From a virus (taxonomy: Duplodnaviria > Caudoviricetes), in the IMG/VR virus record IMGVR_UViG_3300005544_000020, positions 160,001 through 224,000 of that record: 64,000 nucleotides of DNA; one strand, given 5' to 3'. The notes under the pieces were generated by a model that made no database searches, was not told the origin of the DNA, and saw only the letters and a program-made list of their open reading frames with translations. Shown piece after piece: positions 43,886 to 53,583 of the stretch. Numbering within the stretch: position 1 is the first letter of the stretch; every line of letters starts with the position of its first letter. A program made the translations under genes and the position numbers.

Positions 43886-44247
43886 GGATGGTTTTCCACG
43901 TTTGCAATGAGCATTTCATCCACGGTCTCGAAGACCAAGTCTACGACCGCCTGGTTGGCCATCAGCTTCTTCGGGTCGTACATATGGAGACGTTCCGCAA
44001 TCCGCATCATCTGAGTGCAGTTGCCGTGCTTCTCGCTGAAGATGAGCGCGCCGGCGCAATGCCTGGAGGACATCGCCTCCACCAGTTCCCCATCCCGATC
44101 CACCGTCGTCTTGTGGCAGGCGAAGGTCTTGCCCTGGTCGGAGAGGATGTCCCGGCAGATCTGCTTTACCCGGGCCTTCTTGAGCCGGATCCCGCCCTTC
44201 TTCAGGAAGGGGCAGTTCGAGCACGGGACGTGCAGATCGTAATGCAC
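43882..44247 (-). CDS. Cys-rich conserved phage hypothetical protein
   Basis: PCSNCPF, FACHKT, HCAGAL. Confidence 0.6.
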   Translation of the reverse strand: MHYDLHVPCSNCPFLKKGGIRLKKARVKQICRDILSDQGKTFACHKTTVDRDGELVEAMSSRHCAGALIFSEKHGNCTQMMRIAERLHMYDPKKLMANQAVVDLVFETVDEMLIANVENHP

Positions 44248-44248
44248 T

Positions 44249-44530
44249 TTAAGCAGGAGGCAGATCGACGGATTTCTCGGTCAGATGCTTCCTCATCATC
44301 TTAGCCGCTTCCTTCGCGCCTTCCGGATCCGCGATCGCCGCCTCCAGATGCTGGAGGGCGACGGTGCCGATCTGCAGGTCGATCATCTTGCCAAGCTTGA
44401 CCGACCGCTCGCCCATTTTATGGGCAATCGGCGTCATGAACTGGGGAAAGAGGCCCAGCAAAGGCCGAAGGGGATCGTCCTCCTTCATGCCTTTTGCCAG
44501 GAACTTGTCGTAGGAGAAGAAAAGGTTCAT
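44249..44530 (-). CDS. hypothetical protein
   Basis: Operon packing. Confidence 0.55.
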   Translation of the reverse strand: MNLFFSYDKFLAKGMKEDDPLRPLLGLFPQFMTPIAHKMGERSVKLGKMIDLQIGTVALQHLEAAIADPEGAKEAAKMMRKHLTEKSVDLPPA

Positions 44531-44533
44531 GGT

Positions 44534-45043
44534 TTAACCGCCGCCCACTTTGGCATGCGAGTTGACAGCCTGCTTCTTGTCCTCTTCCTTGGCCTTGAAT
44601 TCGCCGATGGTGATGACCTTCCAGGTGCCGTCCTCCTGGGCCTCGGAGACGACGCGGTTCTTATTCTTGACCTCTTCCTCGACGGTCTCGAGGGCGAGAG
44701 ACTCGACCATCTGATGGCTGCCCTTGAGGACGACCTTGCCCTTCTTCTCCATCAGGATGTCCATGAGATCGCTGACGGGCTTCGTTTCCTTCTCCTTGTC
44801 CTTGTCCTTGTCCTCTTTCTCGACGCCGATCACTTCCTTCGCCTTCTCGACGAGAGCCTTCAGGGCTCCGTCTTCCTCCACCGTGTGGAGCGTCATCCCC
44901 TTCTTCTTCGCCTTCTCCACGAGCTGGGCGATCATGCCGCGTTCCTCGGGCGTCGTCTTCTTGTAGGTGATCGTGATCCGCTCTCCCGCGAACTCGGCTT
45001 CCGCGTGACCGAATACTCCGGCTTCCGTCAGCGTCAGATTCAT
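44534..45043 (-). CDS. Lys/Glu-rich hypothetical protein ending in Gly-Gly-Gly
   Basis: SD GGAGAGG; C-terminus HAKVGGG. Confidence 0.6.
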   Translation of the reverse strand: MNLTLTEAGVFGHAEAEFAGERITITYKKTTPEERGMIAQLVEKAKKKGMTLHTVEEDGALKALVEKAKEVIGVEKEDKDKDKEKETKPVSDLMDILMEKKGKVVLKGSHQMVESLALETVEEEVKNKNRVVSEAQEDGTWKVITIGEFKAKEEDKKQAVNSHAKVGGG

Positions 45044-45108
45044 AGCCCTCTCCTATGGTTGTTCGATCCAGAACGGTTCCCTTGGTTCATCACTGCTTTC
45101 CCACATAA

Positions 45109-45432
45109 TTACCCCAGGATCTCGGTATTGTCGACGCGCGGGGCGCCGGGAATCGGTTCCGCGGCCGCCACCGGGTAGACGTTGTTTTGATACATTCCCT
45201 GTCCACCGGCAATGTGGGGAACGGCAGCGAAAGCGGCGTCTCGCGCCGGCGTCTTCGTCTCATCCTTCTTGAGAAGAGGGTTCGGCGGAAACTCCGTGTC
45301 CGTCGACAGATAGTCGAGCACCGCCTTCATGCGAAGGCGGATCGCCACCCGGTCGTTGACGTTCTTCTTTTCGATGAACTGCTTCGTAAGATGCGCCATT
45401 TCATCAGGCGCGATCCCCGTGATGTCCGCCAT
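45109..45432 (-). CDS. hypothetical protein
   Basis: SD GGAG. Confidence 0.55.
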   Translation of the reverse strand: MADITGIAPDEMAHLTKQFIEKKNVNDRVAIRLRMKAVLDYLSTDTEFPPNPLLKKDETKTPARDAAFAAVPHIAGGQGMYQNNVYPVAAAEPIPGAPRVDNTEILG

Positions 45433-45434
45433 GG

Positions 45435-45779
45435 TTATCTCCTTCCCTCGAGTACCTGAGTCATCCCGTCGATCATGGCCTTGGCCTGGATCTGGCCTGC
45501 CTTCATGGCCGTCTGGTCGTTGTAGAAGCGGTCAAAGATCGCGGCAGCGATCGTGACCTGCAGATTTTTGCTTTGTTCCGTCGGATCGCTACCGTGACGA
45601 TGCGTAATGATTCGCGCAGCAGCGCCCATGCACTTTAAGAAGACCTTCTCGTAGACTTCGATGTTCAGGTCTTCCTGGGTCTTCTTGGGTGATGGAGTTA
45701 CTACCGGAGCCAGGAGAACTTCTACGCGAGCTGCGGGAAGAGCAAGTGAAGCTTCGGGGCCTGCAGGCGTCTCTGGCAT
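45435..45779 (-). CDS. hypothetical protein
   Basis: First gene after promoter. Confidence 0.55.
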   Translation of the reverse strand: MPETPAGPEASLALPAARVEVLLAPVVTPSPKKTQEDLNIEVYEKVFLKCMGAAARIITHRHGSDPTEQSKNLQVTIAAAIFDRFYNDQTAMKAGQIQAKAMIDGMTQVLEGRR

Positions 45780-45800
45780 TCTTACCTCGTTACGGGCTGA

Positions 45801-45830
45801 AGTATACCGTGGTTTACCTTACGATGTCAA
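45801..45830 (-). promoter_or_regulatory. sigma70-type promoter
   Basis: TTGACA-N18-TATACT, GTAAAC in spacer. Confidence 0.6.
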
Positions 45831-45831
45831 C

Positions 45832-46611
45832 TCAAGCAATCAACAGAGACTTTACGGCCTTCATGCAGGAATCCGTGTAGCCTGGATCCATTTCGATGAA
45901 GCCCTTCGACTCCCGATGGGCCAACGCGAACGGGCAATGTGTCGCCGCGATGACCTGGAAGCGCTTGGCGATGTTCGGAACCGCGATCGTCCAGAAGTCT
46001 TTCTGGAGCGGGATCGACATCGACTGATCCACTTCATCAAGCAGGAGCGTCGAAGGGCCGTCCAGAGTCCGCGACTTCACATACTTCACGAACTTGTCCA
46101 TCGCCCTTTGCCAAAGGTCGTTGACGCTGGAATGATTCTTCGGCTTTTTGGTGAGATCCGGAATGTTCTTCAGGACGTCTGCCAGTCGATTGAGGCGGAT
46201 GATCCGCTCCTGTCCACTCGACACCTTGGCCATCATCTCGCCAACGATCATGCCGAAGTCCATGAGTCCGTCCTGGGAATCATCGAGCGTCGCGCCGCCA
46301 GGCGATCCCGTCTTGGGCGACATCAGGAAGGAGGCTGTCCCGTCCCAGCCCACTTGGGCCTTGACCTGGGCCGGCGCATTCTTCGAGAAGGCCTCCGGAT
46401 ATTCGTGATCCGTGGAATAGAGCGGATCGACGAAAGTAGACCAGCCAGCCCTGGTACCGGAATAGGCGCCCAGGATATTGATCAACGTGGTCTTCCCGCA
46501 GCCGTTTGGCCCGAAGAGGATGTTGATGCCCTTCTGGAACTCAAAGGTCTTCCGGCCTATCCCCGGCAATTGGACTGGGAACCCATTCATGACGGTTACG
46601 CTGTGGATCAT
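45832..46611 (-). CDS. soluble ABC-type ATPase
   Basis: GPNGCGKTT, VSSGQ signature, LLLDEVD, ATH. Confidence 0.8.
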   Translation of the reverse strand: MIHSVTVMNGFPVQLPGIGRKTFEFQKGINILFGPNGCGKTTLINILGAYSGTRAGWSTFVDPLYSTDHEYPEAFSKNAPAQVKAQVGWDGTASFLMSPKTGSPGGATLDDSQDGLMDFGMIVGEMMAKVSSGQERIIRLNRLADVLKNIPDLTKKPKNHSSVNDLWQRAMDKFVKYVKSRTLDGPSTLLLDEVDQSMSIPLQKDFWTIAVPNIAKRFQVIAATHCPFALAHRESKGFIEMDPGYTDSCMKAVKSLLIA

Positions 46612-46619
46612 GAGACTTC

Positions 46620-47051
46620 CTAACAGATTCGAGCGTGAGGATTCGTTTTGAAGCTCTCCATGTTCCACGCGACGATGACGCTGTCGATCATATTGACGAC
46701 TTCATGCGCAGTCGCCGCGAGCGACTGAATGCCGCAGCCACGATCCGGTTCGTCCTCAGCGCCGATCAGGGTTACCTGGGCGGTGCCGTTGTGGACGTCT
46801 TGTGAGAAGGTGACCAGGATACGGCCGGCGATGCTTCCGGCGATTACTTTGACTCCGGCGATCTGGGCCTGATGATAACGATCCTCCGAAGCCCGGAGAT
46901 AGGCCTTCAACTCCTTCCATCTCGAAGGCCATTCTTCGCCTCTGATCCAGCCGCCTTGGGAGAAACGCGAAGCGGCATCCTTGACCGTAGACACGATCAT
47001 CGCCATGTCTATGAAGGAGAGTGTCGTGAGCTCGGTATCATAGGGATTCAT
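46620..47051 (-). CDS. hypothetical protein
   Basis: ATGA overlap start. Confidence 0.5.
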   Translation of the reverse strand: MNPYDTELTTLSFIDMAMIVSTVKDAASRFSQGGWIRGEEWPSRWKELKAYLRASEDRYHQAQIAGVKVIAGSIAGRILVTFSQDVHNGTAQVTLIGAEDEPDRGCGIQSLAATAHEVVNMIDSVIVAWNMESFKTNPHARIC

Positions 47052-47401
47052 TTCTTCTTCTTTCTCACGATCCGGCAGACGCCGCCGGAGCATTCGATCT
47101 CTGGGCCTTTCTTCGGCACAATGCTGACTGCGGCCTTCTTCTTGGCCATATCATTGATCTTCGGATCGTTGCCTGTCTTCGCGGCATCGAAGAGATCGTT
47201 GCGCTGCCGGAAGACCTGGTTCCCGAGCTTCGCGACTTCGTCGATATGCGCGAGCGTCTTCGCCGTGCCGCGGCTGAGATCCTGGGCATCACGCCTGACC
47301 CGTTCCTCCTTCAGATCCCGGAGGACATTGGTCTTGATGACCGGCTTTACGACGGGCCTTGGCTGCTTCCCCGGGACTGGCTTGCCTCTTCCTTCACCCA
47401 T
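47048..47401 (-). CDS. basic hypothetical protein
   Basis: C-terminal IECSGGVCRI. Confidence 0.55.
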   Translation of the reverse strand: MGEGRGKPVPGKQPRPVVKPVIKTNVLRDLKEERVRRDAQDLSRGTAKTLAHIDEVAKLGNQVFRQRNDLFDAAKTGNDPKINDMAKKKAAVSIVPKKGPEIECSGGVCRIVRKKKK

Positions 47402-47427
47402 TCCAGTAACTCCTTTATCAATAAAGT

Positions 47428-47925
47428 TCAGGGTATTGCTTTCAAGCAGCAGAGGACTTCTCCCCAGGAAAAGACCGGCATTACCGGCCCAACCAGAGGT
47501 CCTGCACGCCTCATTTCCTCAAGGCTCGGATTGAAAAGAATTCGGTGCGGCACGATGTCATACATGTATCCCAGAACCTCGAGCTTGTCGTCGATGAAGT
47601 GGGTCAGGCCCAGTTTTTGAGCGATCGGCGCCTTGTCCGCGCGCTGCCGGCAGAAGTGAACCTTGTCCTCGGACATCCCAGTCTGCTCGTAGAAGCCGTT
47701 GTGCTTCAGCCATTCACGGCTCTTCCGTTCGATGTTCGCGCCGCACTTCGAGATGATGTAAGTTTCATTCGGGAACAATTCCTTGTTGATCTTGGAGATT
47801 ACTTGCATGGCGCCGTCGACCGCGTGGGCATTCAGATAGTTCGCCCCGAACAAGGAGGTATCCGAATTGTCGTTCCGGGCCCGGTCGATGATGACGCCGC
47901 CGATGTCGATGCCGATCTTGTTCAC
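47428..47925 (-). CDS. HAD-superfamily hydrolase-like protein
   Basis: IGIDIGGVI, IISK, THFIDD. Confidence 0.65.
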   Translation of the reverse strand: MNKIGIDIGGVIIDRARNDNSDTSLFGANYLNAHAVDGAMQVISKINKELFPNETYIISKCGANIERKSREWLKHNGFYEQTGMSEDKVHFCRQRADKAPIAQKLGLTHFIDDKLEVLGYMYDIVPHRILFNPSLEEMRRAGPLVGPVMPVFSWGEVLCCLKAIP

Positions 47926-48167
47926 TTCACGTCCCTTTTCTTGGTAGCTTCCACCGAAATCACGAACACATCCCCCTTGTCGTTAAGCTCGAGGCCTAAC
48001 ATGTCGCCGGGATAGAGCATGTAACGGTAAGGACTGCCCTTCTTGGCAAATCGCCCGACATCCCATCTCCGATCCGGCTTCCTGCCCGTCATCTCGACGA
48101 ACGTCTCTTTCGTGACGAGAAGGCAGAAGCACTCCAGATCGCCGGACGGGATTCCTTCGAAGATCAT
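47922..48167 (-). CDS. hypothetical protein
   Basis: Operon overlap. Confidence 0.5.
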   Translation of the reverse strand: MIFEGIPSGDLECFCLLVTKETFVEMTGRKPDRRWDVGRFAKKGSPYRYMLYPGDMLGLELNDKGDVFVISVEATKKRDVK

Positions 48168-48646
48168 TCCGCAGCCTCTTCCACGATCTCTTTAGCGTCC
48201 ACGTTGACGGTCGGCTCCACGATCCCCTGGATCGAAGCATTCGGGAAATGCTTGAGCACAATCAGCGTGTTCTCCAACACCTCGGGGGTGTTCATCATCT
48301 TGCCCATCTCGGACATCTTGGTCACACAGCCCGGCCCGGTTCCCACGACGATCACGTCGAGCTCAGGATGCTGGACCTTGGTCGAGAGGCCCGTGGCATC
48401 CCACTCCGAAGCCCTCATCGCCGTCCACATGCCGAAAGGGCCCTCATCCAAGGGGCGGTCGTCTTCGATCGCCAGAATGATCCAGTGCAATCTGGCGATG
48501 CAGAATTTCTTCTGAGGCTGGCAGTCGCATTCATTGAGCGACCAGCCGGCGGGACACCGGTTCTCCGGATTCTTCCAGAGCTGGCCCAGAATTGCTGCGC
48601 CTTTTTTCAGGCGCTCAGCATGCGGAAGCTGCGGTTTTGTCGTCAT
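48164..48646 (-). CDS. hypothetical protein
   Basis: ORF, codon usage. Confidence 0.55.
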   Translation of the reverse strand: MTTKPQLPHAERLKKGAAILGQLWKNPENRCPAGWSLNECDCQPQKKFCIARLHWIILAIEDDRPLDEGPFGMWTAMRASEWDATGLSTKVQHPELDVIVVGTGPGCVTKMSEMGKMMNTPEVLENTLIVLKHFPNASIQGIVEPTVNVDAKEIVEEAAE

Positions 48647-49490
48647 TGCTTACCTTTACAAGTTCGCCCATGCACCCGGCATAGAACGGACACCATCCTG
48701 GCTTGCAGAGCCAAGTGCTTGGATTCGCGATATAGATCCCGTGATGAATCGTCTCCCAGACCTGGGCCGCCACCTTCACGAAATACTCCCGATGCTTCTG
48801 ACCCATAGTGAAGGGAATGCGCTCTACATGAGGGTCATTGTTCTCTCCTCGGACGAGGAAAATCTTCTCGCACTTGAGCTCTTGCTCGCCGACCACGGGC
48901 CATGCCCAAAGGCTGTAGGCGGCGAACTGGAGCCAGGTGCTTTTCGCCCGGTTCGAGACCTTCTTGCCCGTCGACTTCCAGTCCATCAGGACGCCCGAGG
49001 CGTCCAGCATGTCCACGTATCCGATGATCGGGCACAGACCGACCTTCGTACGGACCTCGAGATCAATCCGCTGCTCGACGACCGGAGCATTGCCGATCAT
49101 CCAGGGCCTGACCGTAGGAAGCACCTGTTCCCTGGCGATTCTGATCAAGGGCCGATAGGTCCGACGCAATTCTTCGATAGGATCGTCGGCCTCTTCCTTC
49201 CAGCCGACAAACCAGGGCTTTTCTTCCTGCTCCTTCTGCTCTTTTTCCCAAGCCGGCTCGAAGCGATCGTCCATGGTCTTCCAGTCGGGATAGACGCCTC
49301 TCTTGGCATACTCCCGGAGTGCATCTTCGATGACGTGGTGGACGACGACGCCGGCGTGAGCCTTCCAGCTCCTGGGCTCGGGAATCTTGTGGATGTATTG
49401 GAGCTCGAAGTTCTTCGGACAAAGGAGAATCTTCTCGATCTTCGAGACCGAGAGATTCTTCATGGGACTAGGAGCGGCGATATCGAACAT
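48615..49490 (-). CDS. PD-(D/E)XK exonuclease (AddB/Cas4-like)
   Basis: LSVSKI..C P, GYVD..., DWKST, QFAAY, C-terminal C..C..C Fe-S/Zn Cys. Confidence 0.8.
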   Translation of the reverse strand: MFDIAAPSPMKNLSVSKIEKILLCPKNFELQYIHKIPEPRSWKAHAGVVVHHVIEDALREYAKRGVYPDWKTMDDRFEPAWEKEQKEQEEKPWFVGWKEEADDPIEELRRTYRPLIRIAREQVLPTVRPWMIGNAPVVEQRIDLEVRTKVGLCPIIGYVDMLDASGVLMDWKSTGKKVSNRAKSTWLQFAAYSLWAWPVVGEQELKCEKIFLVRGENNDPHVERIPFTMGQKHREYFVKVAAQVWETIHHGIYIANPSTWLCKPGWCPFYAGCMGELVKVSNDDKTAASAC

Positions 49491-49769
49491 TTAGTCGATG
49501 CTTTTTTCCATCACGATCGGCAGACGGCCGCGCTTTTCCGATTCGCTTTCCGCCAGGTCAATAGCCCTGCTTTCTGTGAACTCGAACTGCCCGAGCTGCT
49601 CTTCCTTCCCATCGGGATGAATCAAGTAGATGATCCATCCCGCGCACCCTGTGTCGCAGCCGAAATACGCAGCCGCTCCCTGGATCCGCGGAGCAGGAGG
49701 TTCTCCGGATAGGAGTCTCCATTCCTGCTGGATCTTGATCCAAGATCCGTCATACAGATCCGGCTTCAC
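49491..49769 (-). CDS. hypothetical protein
   Basis: GTGA overlap start. Confidence 0.5.
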   Translation of the reverse strand: MKPDLYDGSWIKIQQEWRLLSGEPPAPRIQGAAAYFGCDTGCAGWIIYLIHPDGKEEQLGQFEFTESRAIDLAESESEKRGRLPIVMEKSID

Positions 49770-50200
49770 GGTTCGAATACCTCGATCGACATCTCCATGT
49801 CGCCCAGACTCGCCTGGATCATCGGCTTCACCTTGGCCCATTCCAGACTCCCAAGGCCGCAGCCAAGCGCCGGAAGGGCGAGCGAAAGAACCGCCCATTC
49901 GTCGAGCTTCGTCCGAAGTGCGGCCAATCCCTTCTCGATGTACTCGTACTGAGAAGGCTTCCGCCAGTCGTCCTTCGTCGGGAAGTTCACCACCCACTTC
50001 TCCTTCCCTTTCCAGATCGTGGGTGCGCCGATCGCCAGCCGCTTGTCCAAAAGATCGTTCGTATAGGCTTCAAAGAGCCCCGGAAACCTGTTCTTGAATT
50101 CCAAGGCCAAGCCCTTTCCCATCGCCCCTCTCAGATTGACCGTGTTGACGATGGTCTGGGCATTCGCCTGGAAGATATTTCCCTTCAGATATCTGATCAT
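49766..50200 (-). CDS. macrodomain (Poa1p/DarG-like ADP-ribose processing)
   Basis: GNIF..., IVNTVN..GAMGKGLALEFK, VNFPTK, ALPALGCGLG. Confidence 0.85.
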   Translation of the reverse strand: MIRYLKGNIFQANAQTIVNTVNLRGAMGKGLALEFKNRFPGLFEAYTNDLLDKRLAIGAPTIWKGKEKWVVNFPTKDDWRKPSQYEYIEKGLAALRTKLDEWAVLSLALPALGCGLGSLEWAKVKPMIQASLGDMEMSIEVFEP

Positions 50201-50220
50201 GGCGTCTGAAGATACTCGTT

Positions 50221-50427
50221 CTACTTTGCATCTGCAAGGTCAGGCTCTTTCTTCCATTCCTTGGTGCGCCACCGGATCCCCGGGATCTTTCCCGTCTTGT
50301 CCTTGATCTTGTGGTAGCAGCTCCCGCAAAGCCGGTATCCCCAATCCAGAAACCGATACTTGCGGCAGCGGCCGCAGACGATCATCCGGTCCCAGGCCAT
50401 GGCCGTCAGGAGCCGAAGAAGGCTCAT
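50221..50427 (-). CDS. small zinc-finger protein
   Basis: CGRC...CGSC. Confidence 0.5.
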   Translation of the reverse strand: MSLLRLLTAMAWDRMIVCGRCRKYRFLDWGYRLCGSCYHKIKDKTGKIPGIRWRTKEWKKEPDLADAK

Positions 50428-50777
50428 TTCGCACCGATCCTATAGGCATCCCCGGATAAGTGCCGCGCGTATTCCGCAGCCGTCTTCCACTGGCGCTTGC
50501 ACTTCCGGCATTGGACAAGATAGGGCTTCTTGCCTTCGATTTTCTCCACGAAGATGACGTCGGACGACGTCCCCCAAGTCGTCACCCGCTGCATCGAGAT
50601 CGAATCACAGTGCGGACATCTTCCTGGACCGCCGATCACGAGCTTGCTGTTCCGGCTCCGCTTCTCGAGCGGATCCAGGACCAACCGGATGTAGCAATGC
50701 CCGCATTTATCGCCGTACACGGCCTGATGACCGCATTTGCAATTCCTAGGTTTCGGAGGATCTGGGATCCTGCACAT
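50424..50777 (-). CDS. multi-zinc-finger protein
   Basis: CKCG, CGHC, CPHC, CRKC. Confidence 0.55.
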   Translation of the reverse strand: MCRIPDPPKPRNCKCGHQAVYGDKCGHCYIRLVLDPLEKRSRNSKLVIGGPGRCPHCDSISMQRVTTWGTSSDVIFVEKIEGKKPYLVQCRKCKRQWKTAAEYARHLSGDAYRIGAK

Positions 50778-50779
50778 AG

Positions 50780-51295
50780 CTAAAACAGAATATCCCCGGA
50801 AGACGCCATCAATTCGTCGTACTTGAAGTGGTTTCCGTGCTCGAGGCAATCCTTGATATTCACCATCGGGCCCGAGAAGCCCAGGTGGCTGCTCTTCCAT
50901 TTCAAGATCACGTACTGAGGCACGTTCTCTCGAAGGCTGACGAAATCGACGCCGAACGGGGTGATCGACCACATGCCGCTGGTCTTCTTGAAGCGGTCGT
51001 TGTTCGGCGCTTCTTCGACAAGGCCCCAGGAGGACAGGACGCCGAATTCGCCGCGGGCCTTTTCCTTGTCGAACTGTTTCACATGGAAGAATTTCTGCTG
51101 ATTCATGGATGCGCTGGTCAGGCGATAGAGTCGAACGAGACTGCGCGCCATCGACCGGGACAGTCGACGATGGTAGACCTTCAGAAAACGTCCGCAGGTC
51201 GGGCAATCCTGGCCTTCATCGCGGATCGGATCCTGCCACCAGGGATAATCCCGAAAGACCCCGGTCGGGACGCCCATCGACGCTGTGAGGTCCAT
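50780..51295 (-). CDS. zinc-ribbon plus winged-helix-like protein
   Basis: CPTCG; LSSWGLVE...GMWSITPFG. Confidence 0.55.
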   Translation of the reverse strand: MDLTASMGVPTGVFRDYPWWQDPIRDEGQDCPTCGRFLKVYHRRLSRSMARSLVRLYRLTSASMNQQKFFHVKQFDKEKARGEFGVLSSWGLVEEAPNNDRFKKTSGMWSITPFGVDFVSLRENVPQYVILKWKSSHLGFSGPMVNIKDCLEHGNHFKYDELMASSGDILF

Positions 51296-51504
51296 CAGCG
51301 CCTCATCTTCCTGTAAATCAGAGCCTCGGCAACGATAGCGCCCGTCGCGAAGACTAGGCCATAAAACACCACGAGGTCGATCGCGAAGTGTCTCCAGTTC
51401 TGCTCTCGTGCCTTCGCGAAGATCTCGAATACCGTAGTAACTTGCAGCACGATTAGCAGGATTGCTCCCATGACCACCATCGGACGATTCGGCTTGATCA
51501 CCAC
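51295..51504 (-). CDS. two-TM membrane protein
   Basis: Two hydrophobic helices. Confidence 0.55.
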   Translation of the reverse strand: MVIKPNRPMVVMGAILLIVLQVTTVFEIFAKAREQNWRHFAIDLVVFYGLVFATGAIVAEALIYRKMRR

Positions 51505-52073
51505 ACCACCAGCTTTCCATCGTCGCGCAGCGTGAACGTCGTTTCCTTCACGTCGAAGTGGACCATGATGTCGTAGATCTCGTCGAACTTCAGATCCGAG
51601 GTATATTCCGGCCTGACGGATCTATAAGCAATCCCGTCCTCCCGAAAGACCAGGTTGTTCGGCCCGACCACGATCCGACGGAGATTCTCCAAGTTCTTGT
51701 ACATGGCCCGCTGGCTGATCTCCGGTTCCTTGTCGTTCCATTCGAAGAAGACGTGCTCCGGATCCATCTTGACCGCGACCGCCGAATAGCGCCGGCGAAG
51801 GACATTCCCGCACACGATGTACACGCACTTGTCCTGGAACTCATCCCAGACCTTCTGGGCGGCTTCCCGGGTTCCGTGATGGATGAAGGGAAGGCTGATC
51901 GCCTGCGTGGAACCTTCCCTCGTGTCAGCCCTCATGCCCCACGTCTTCCCTGCGCTTTGAAATCCCGCGATCGCCTTCATGATCTCCGCCTGGTTGAAGC
52001 AGACGACATACGGCAGCACGTAGTCCTTGCCGAAGGTCTCTTCAATCCACTTCAAGCGGGCGACTTTCTTCAA
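51498..52073 (-). CDS. hypothetical protein
   Basis: TTGA overlap start, SD AGGGGAG. Confidence 0.55.
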   Translation of the reverse strand: MKKVARLKWIEETFGKDYVLPYVVCFNQAEIMKAIAGFQSAGKTWGMRADTREGSTQAISLPFIHHGTREAAQKVWDEFQDKCVYIVCGNVLRRRYSAVAVKMDPEHVFFEWNDKEPEISQRAMYKNLENLRRIVVGPNNLVFREDGIAYRSVRPEYTSDLKFDEIYDIMVHFDVKETTFTLRDDGKLVVW

Positions 52074-52345
52074 GCGGCTCCCTCTACGGGGCTCACCTCG
52101 ATGATGTCGTTCTCGGTGATGCAGTCGGTTTTGAAATAAACCTCGAGCGCGGCGACCGCTGGTTCTTCTCCCTTCACGCCCGTAGCCTTTGCTACGTCGC
52201 ACTCGCGATTGAACCATTCGATGGCATTCCGGAGTTTCCGGACCGCCTCTTTCGCACTCTTCGCCCGCATCGTGGCGCAGAAGCCGATAGGGCCGTTCTG
52301 CGAGTCGCCCAGGCTGAACAGATACTCCTTCTCCATCGACATCAA
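52070..52345 (-). CDS. hypothetical protein
   Basis: Operon overlap. Confidence 0.5.
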   Translation of the reverse strand: MMSMEKEYLFSLGDSQNGPIGFCATMRAKSAKEAVRKLRNAIEWFNRECDVAKATGVKGEEPAVAALEVYFKTDCITENDIIEVSPVEGAA

Positions 52346-52761
52346 CTAAATTCTCCAACGATCAGATCCCAGGTCCCCTCGCCGTGACCGATGCAGCGGC
52401 GGTTGTCGACACTCGCGCGCACGAGCCCATTGGGGCCCTTTTCCGAATAATTCTTCTCGTGGAAGTCATCCCACGAAGCGTACATGGAAGGAACCTTGTT
52501 CCAGTCTCTTCCGATGCCCTGGCGGTCACGGATGACTTCCAGCATCATCTGTGAGGAGATCTCTCGACCGTATTCGTCTTCGACATGATTCTTCTTGTCG
52601 TGGAAGAGTGGGATCCAGTCGGCAAGATCTTTGATGCCGTCCTCGGGATAGACGTGGAGCGCGAAGGCCCAGCCCGCGCTCGACTTTCCGATGTGCTTCT
52701 TCTCGTCACTGCGGCCACAGTGAGAGCAGCGGTTCGGACAGAGGTAGTAGTTCGTTCCCAT
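52342..52761 (-). CDS. conserved phage hypothetical protein
   Basis: MGTNYY...CSHCG...HIGKSSAGWAF. Confidence 0.6.
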   Translation of the reverse strand: MGTNYYLCPNRCSHCGRSDEKKHIGKSSAGWAFALHVYPEDGIKDLADWIPLFHDKKNHVEDEYGREISSQMMLEVIRDRQGIGRDWNKVPSMYASWDDFHEKNYSEKGPNGLVRASVDNRRCIGHGEGTWDLIVGEFS

Positions 52762-52764
52762 GGC

Positions 52765-52995
52765 TTATAGTTTCAGACGTTTAAATACGAAAATCACTCC
52801 CGGCTCATAGATGCTGCAGGCCACTTGGCCTGCCGCCGGCGAGAGCTGGACGAGTTCCCAGCCCTCTTCGCCGCGGGCGTTGAGAAACGCCTGGACATGA
52901 TCGATAGGACTCATCGCATTCGTTTTGACGATCCCGATGCCTTGGCCTTGATAGTACCTCGACACGCCTTCGACCAAGTACTCCCACTTAGGCAT
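52765..52995 (-). CDS. DUF4177-like protein
   Basis: KWEY...FLNARGEEGWELV. Confidence 0.6.
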   Translation of the reverse strand: MPKWEYLVEGVSRYYQGQGIGIVKTNAMSPIDHVQAFLNARGEEGWELVQLSPAAGQVACSIYEPGVIFVFKRLKL

Positions 52996-53573
52996 CAGAT
53001 TCCCCTCTCAGCCAGTCGGCCTTCGATCTGGCCGAGGCGATTCTGAAGATCCTGCTGAGTCTTCTGGGTATGGTCCGCGAAGGGACGAATGCCCATGGTC
53101 GATTCAAACATCGTCTGCATGCTGCTCGCCATCCACTGCACCATTGCCTCGTGGACCGTCTTGGGGAAGGTCTCCTTGATGATCGCGATGACCTCATCCT
53201 TCATGGCTTGGATCTTCGGATCGCTCTCAATGGTCTTCTTGACTTCGGCCTTGTAGGTCTCCATCACCCCTTCGGTGATCGTCTTGATCATGATCTCCTT
53301 AGTGGACTTGAAGTCGCGCATCTTGTCGCGGAAATCGTACCCGCCACGGATCTGCTGTTCCGTCTCCTTCTCCCGGTAGGACGGAGTGGTGGCCTGGATA
53401 TGAGCGATCACTTCGCGCTCCTTCGTCAGGCGCTCGAAGTCATAGGGCTCCTTGAGCCATTTCTCCATGGTCTGCCGAGCGACATCCACCTTCTGCTCGG
53501 GCGTCAGGTTGTTGAGGATCTCGACCACGGACTTCGAGAGTTCACCGGGATTCACGTCCAGTTCGATCTTCAT
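52995..53573 (-). CDS. helical hypothetical protein
   Basis: TGATG overlap. Confidence 0.6.
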   Translation of the reverse strand: MKIELDVNPGELSKSVVEILNNLTPEQKVDVARQTMEKWLKEPYDFERLTKEREVIAHIQATTPSYREKETEQQIRGGYDFRDKMRDFKSTKEIMIKTITEGVMETYKAEVKKTIESDPKIQAMKDEVIAIIKETFPKTVHEAMVQWMASSMQTMFESTMGIRPFADHTQKTQQDLQNRLGQIEGRLAERGI

Positions 53574-53583
53574 AAGTCCCCTT

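Noticed and set aside
48615-49490. Cas4 as part of a CRISPR system
   Set aside because: A solo PD-(D/E)XK nuclease in a phage recombination context, with no array or other cas genes.
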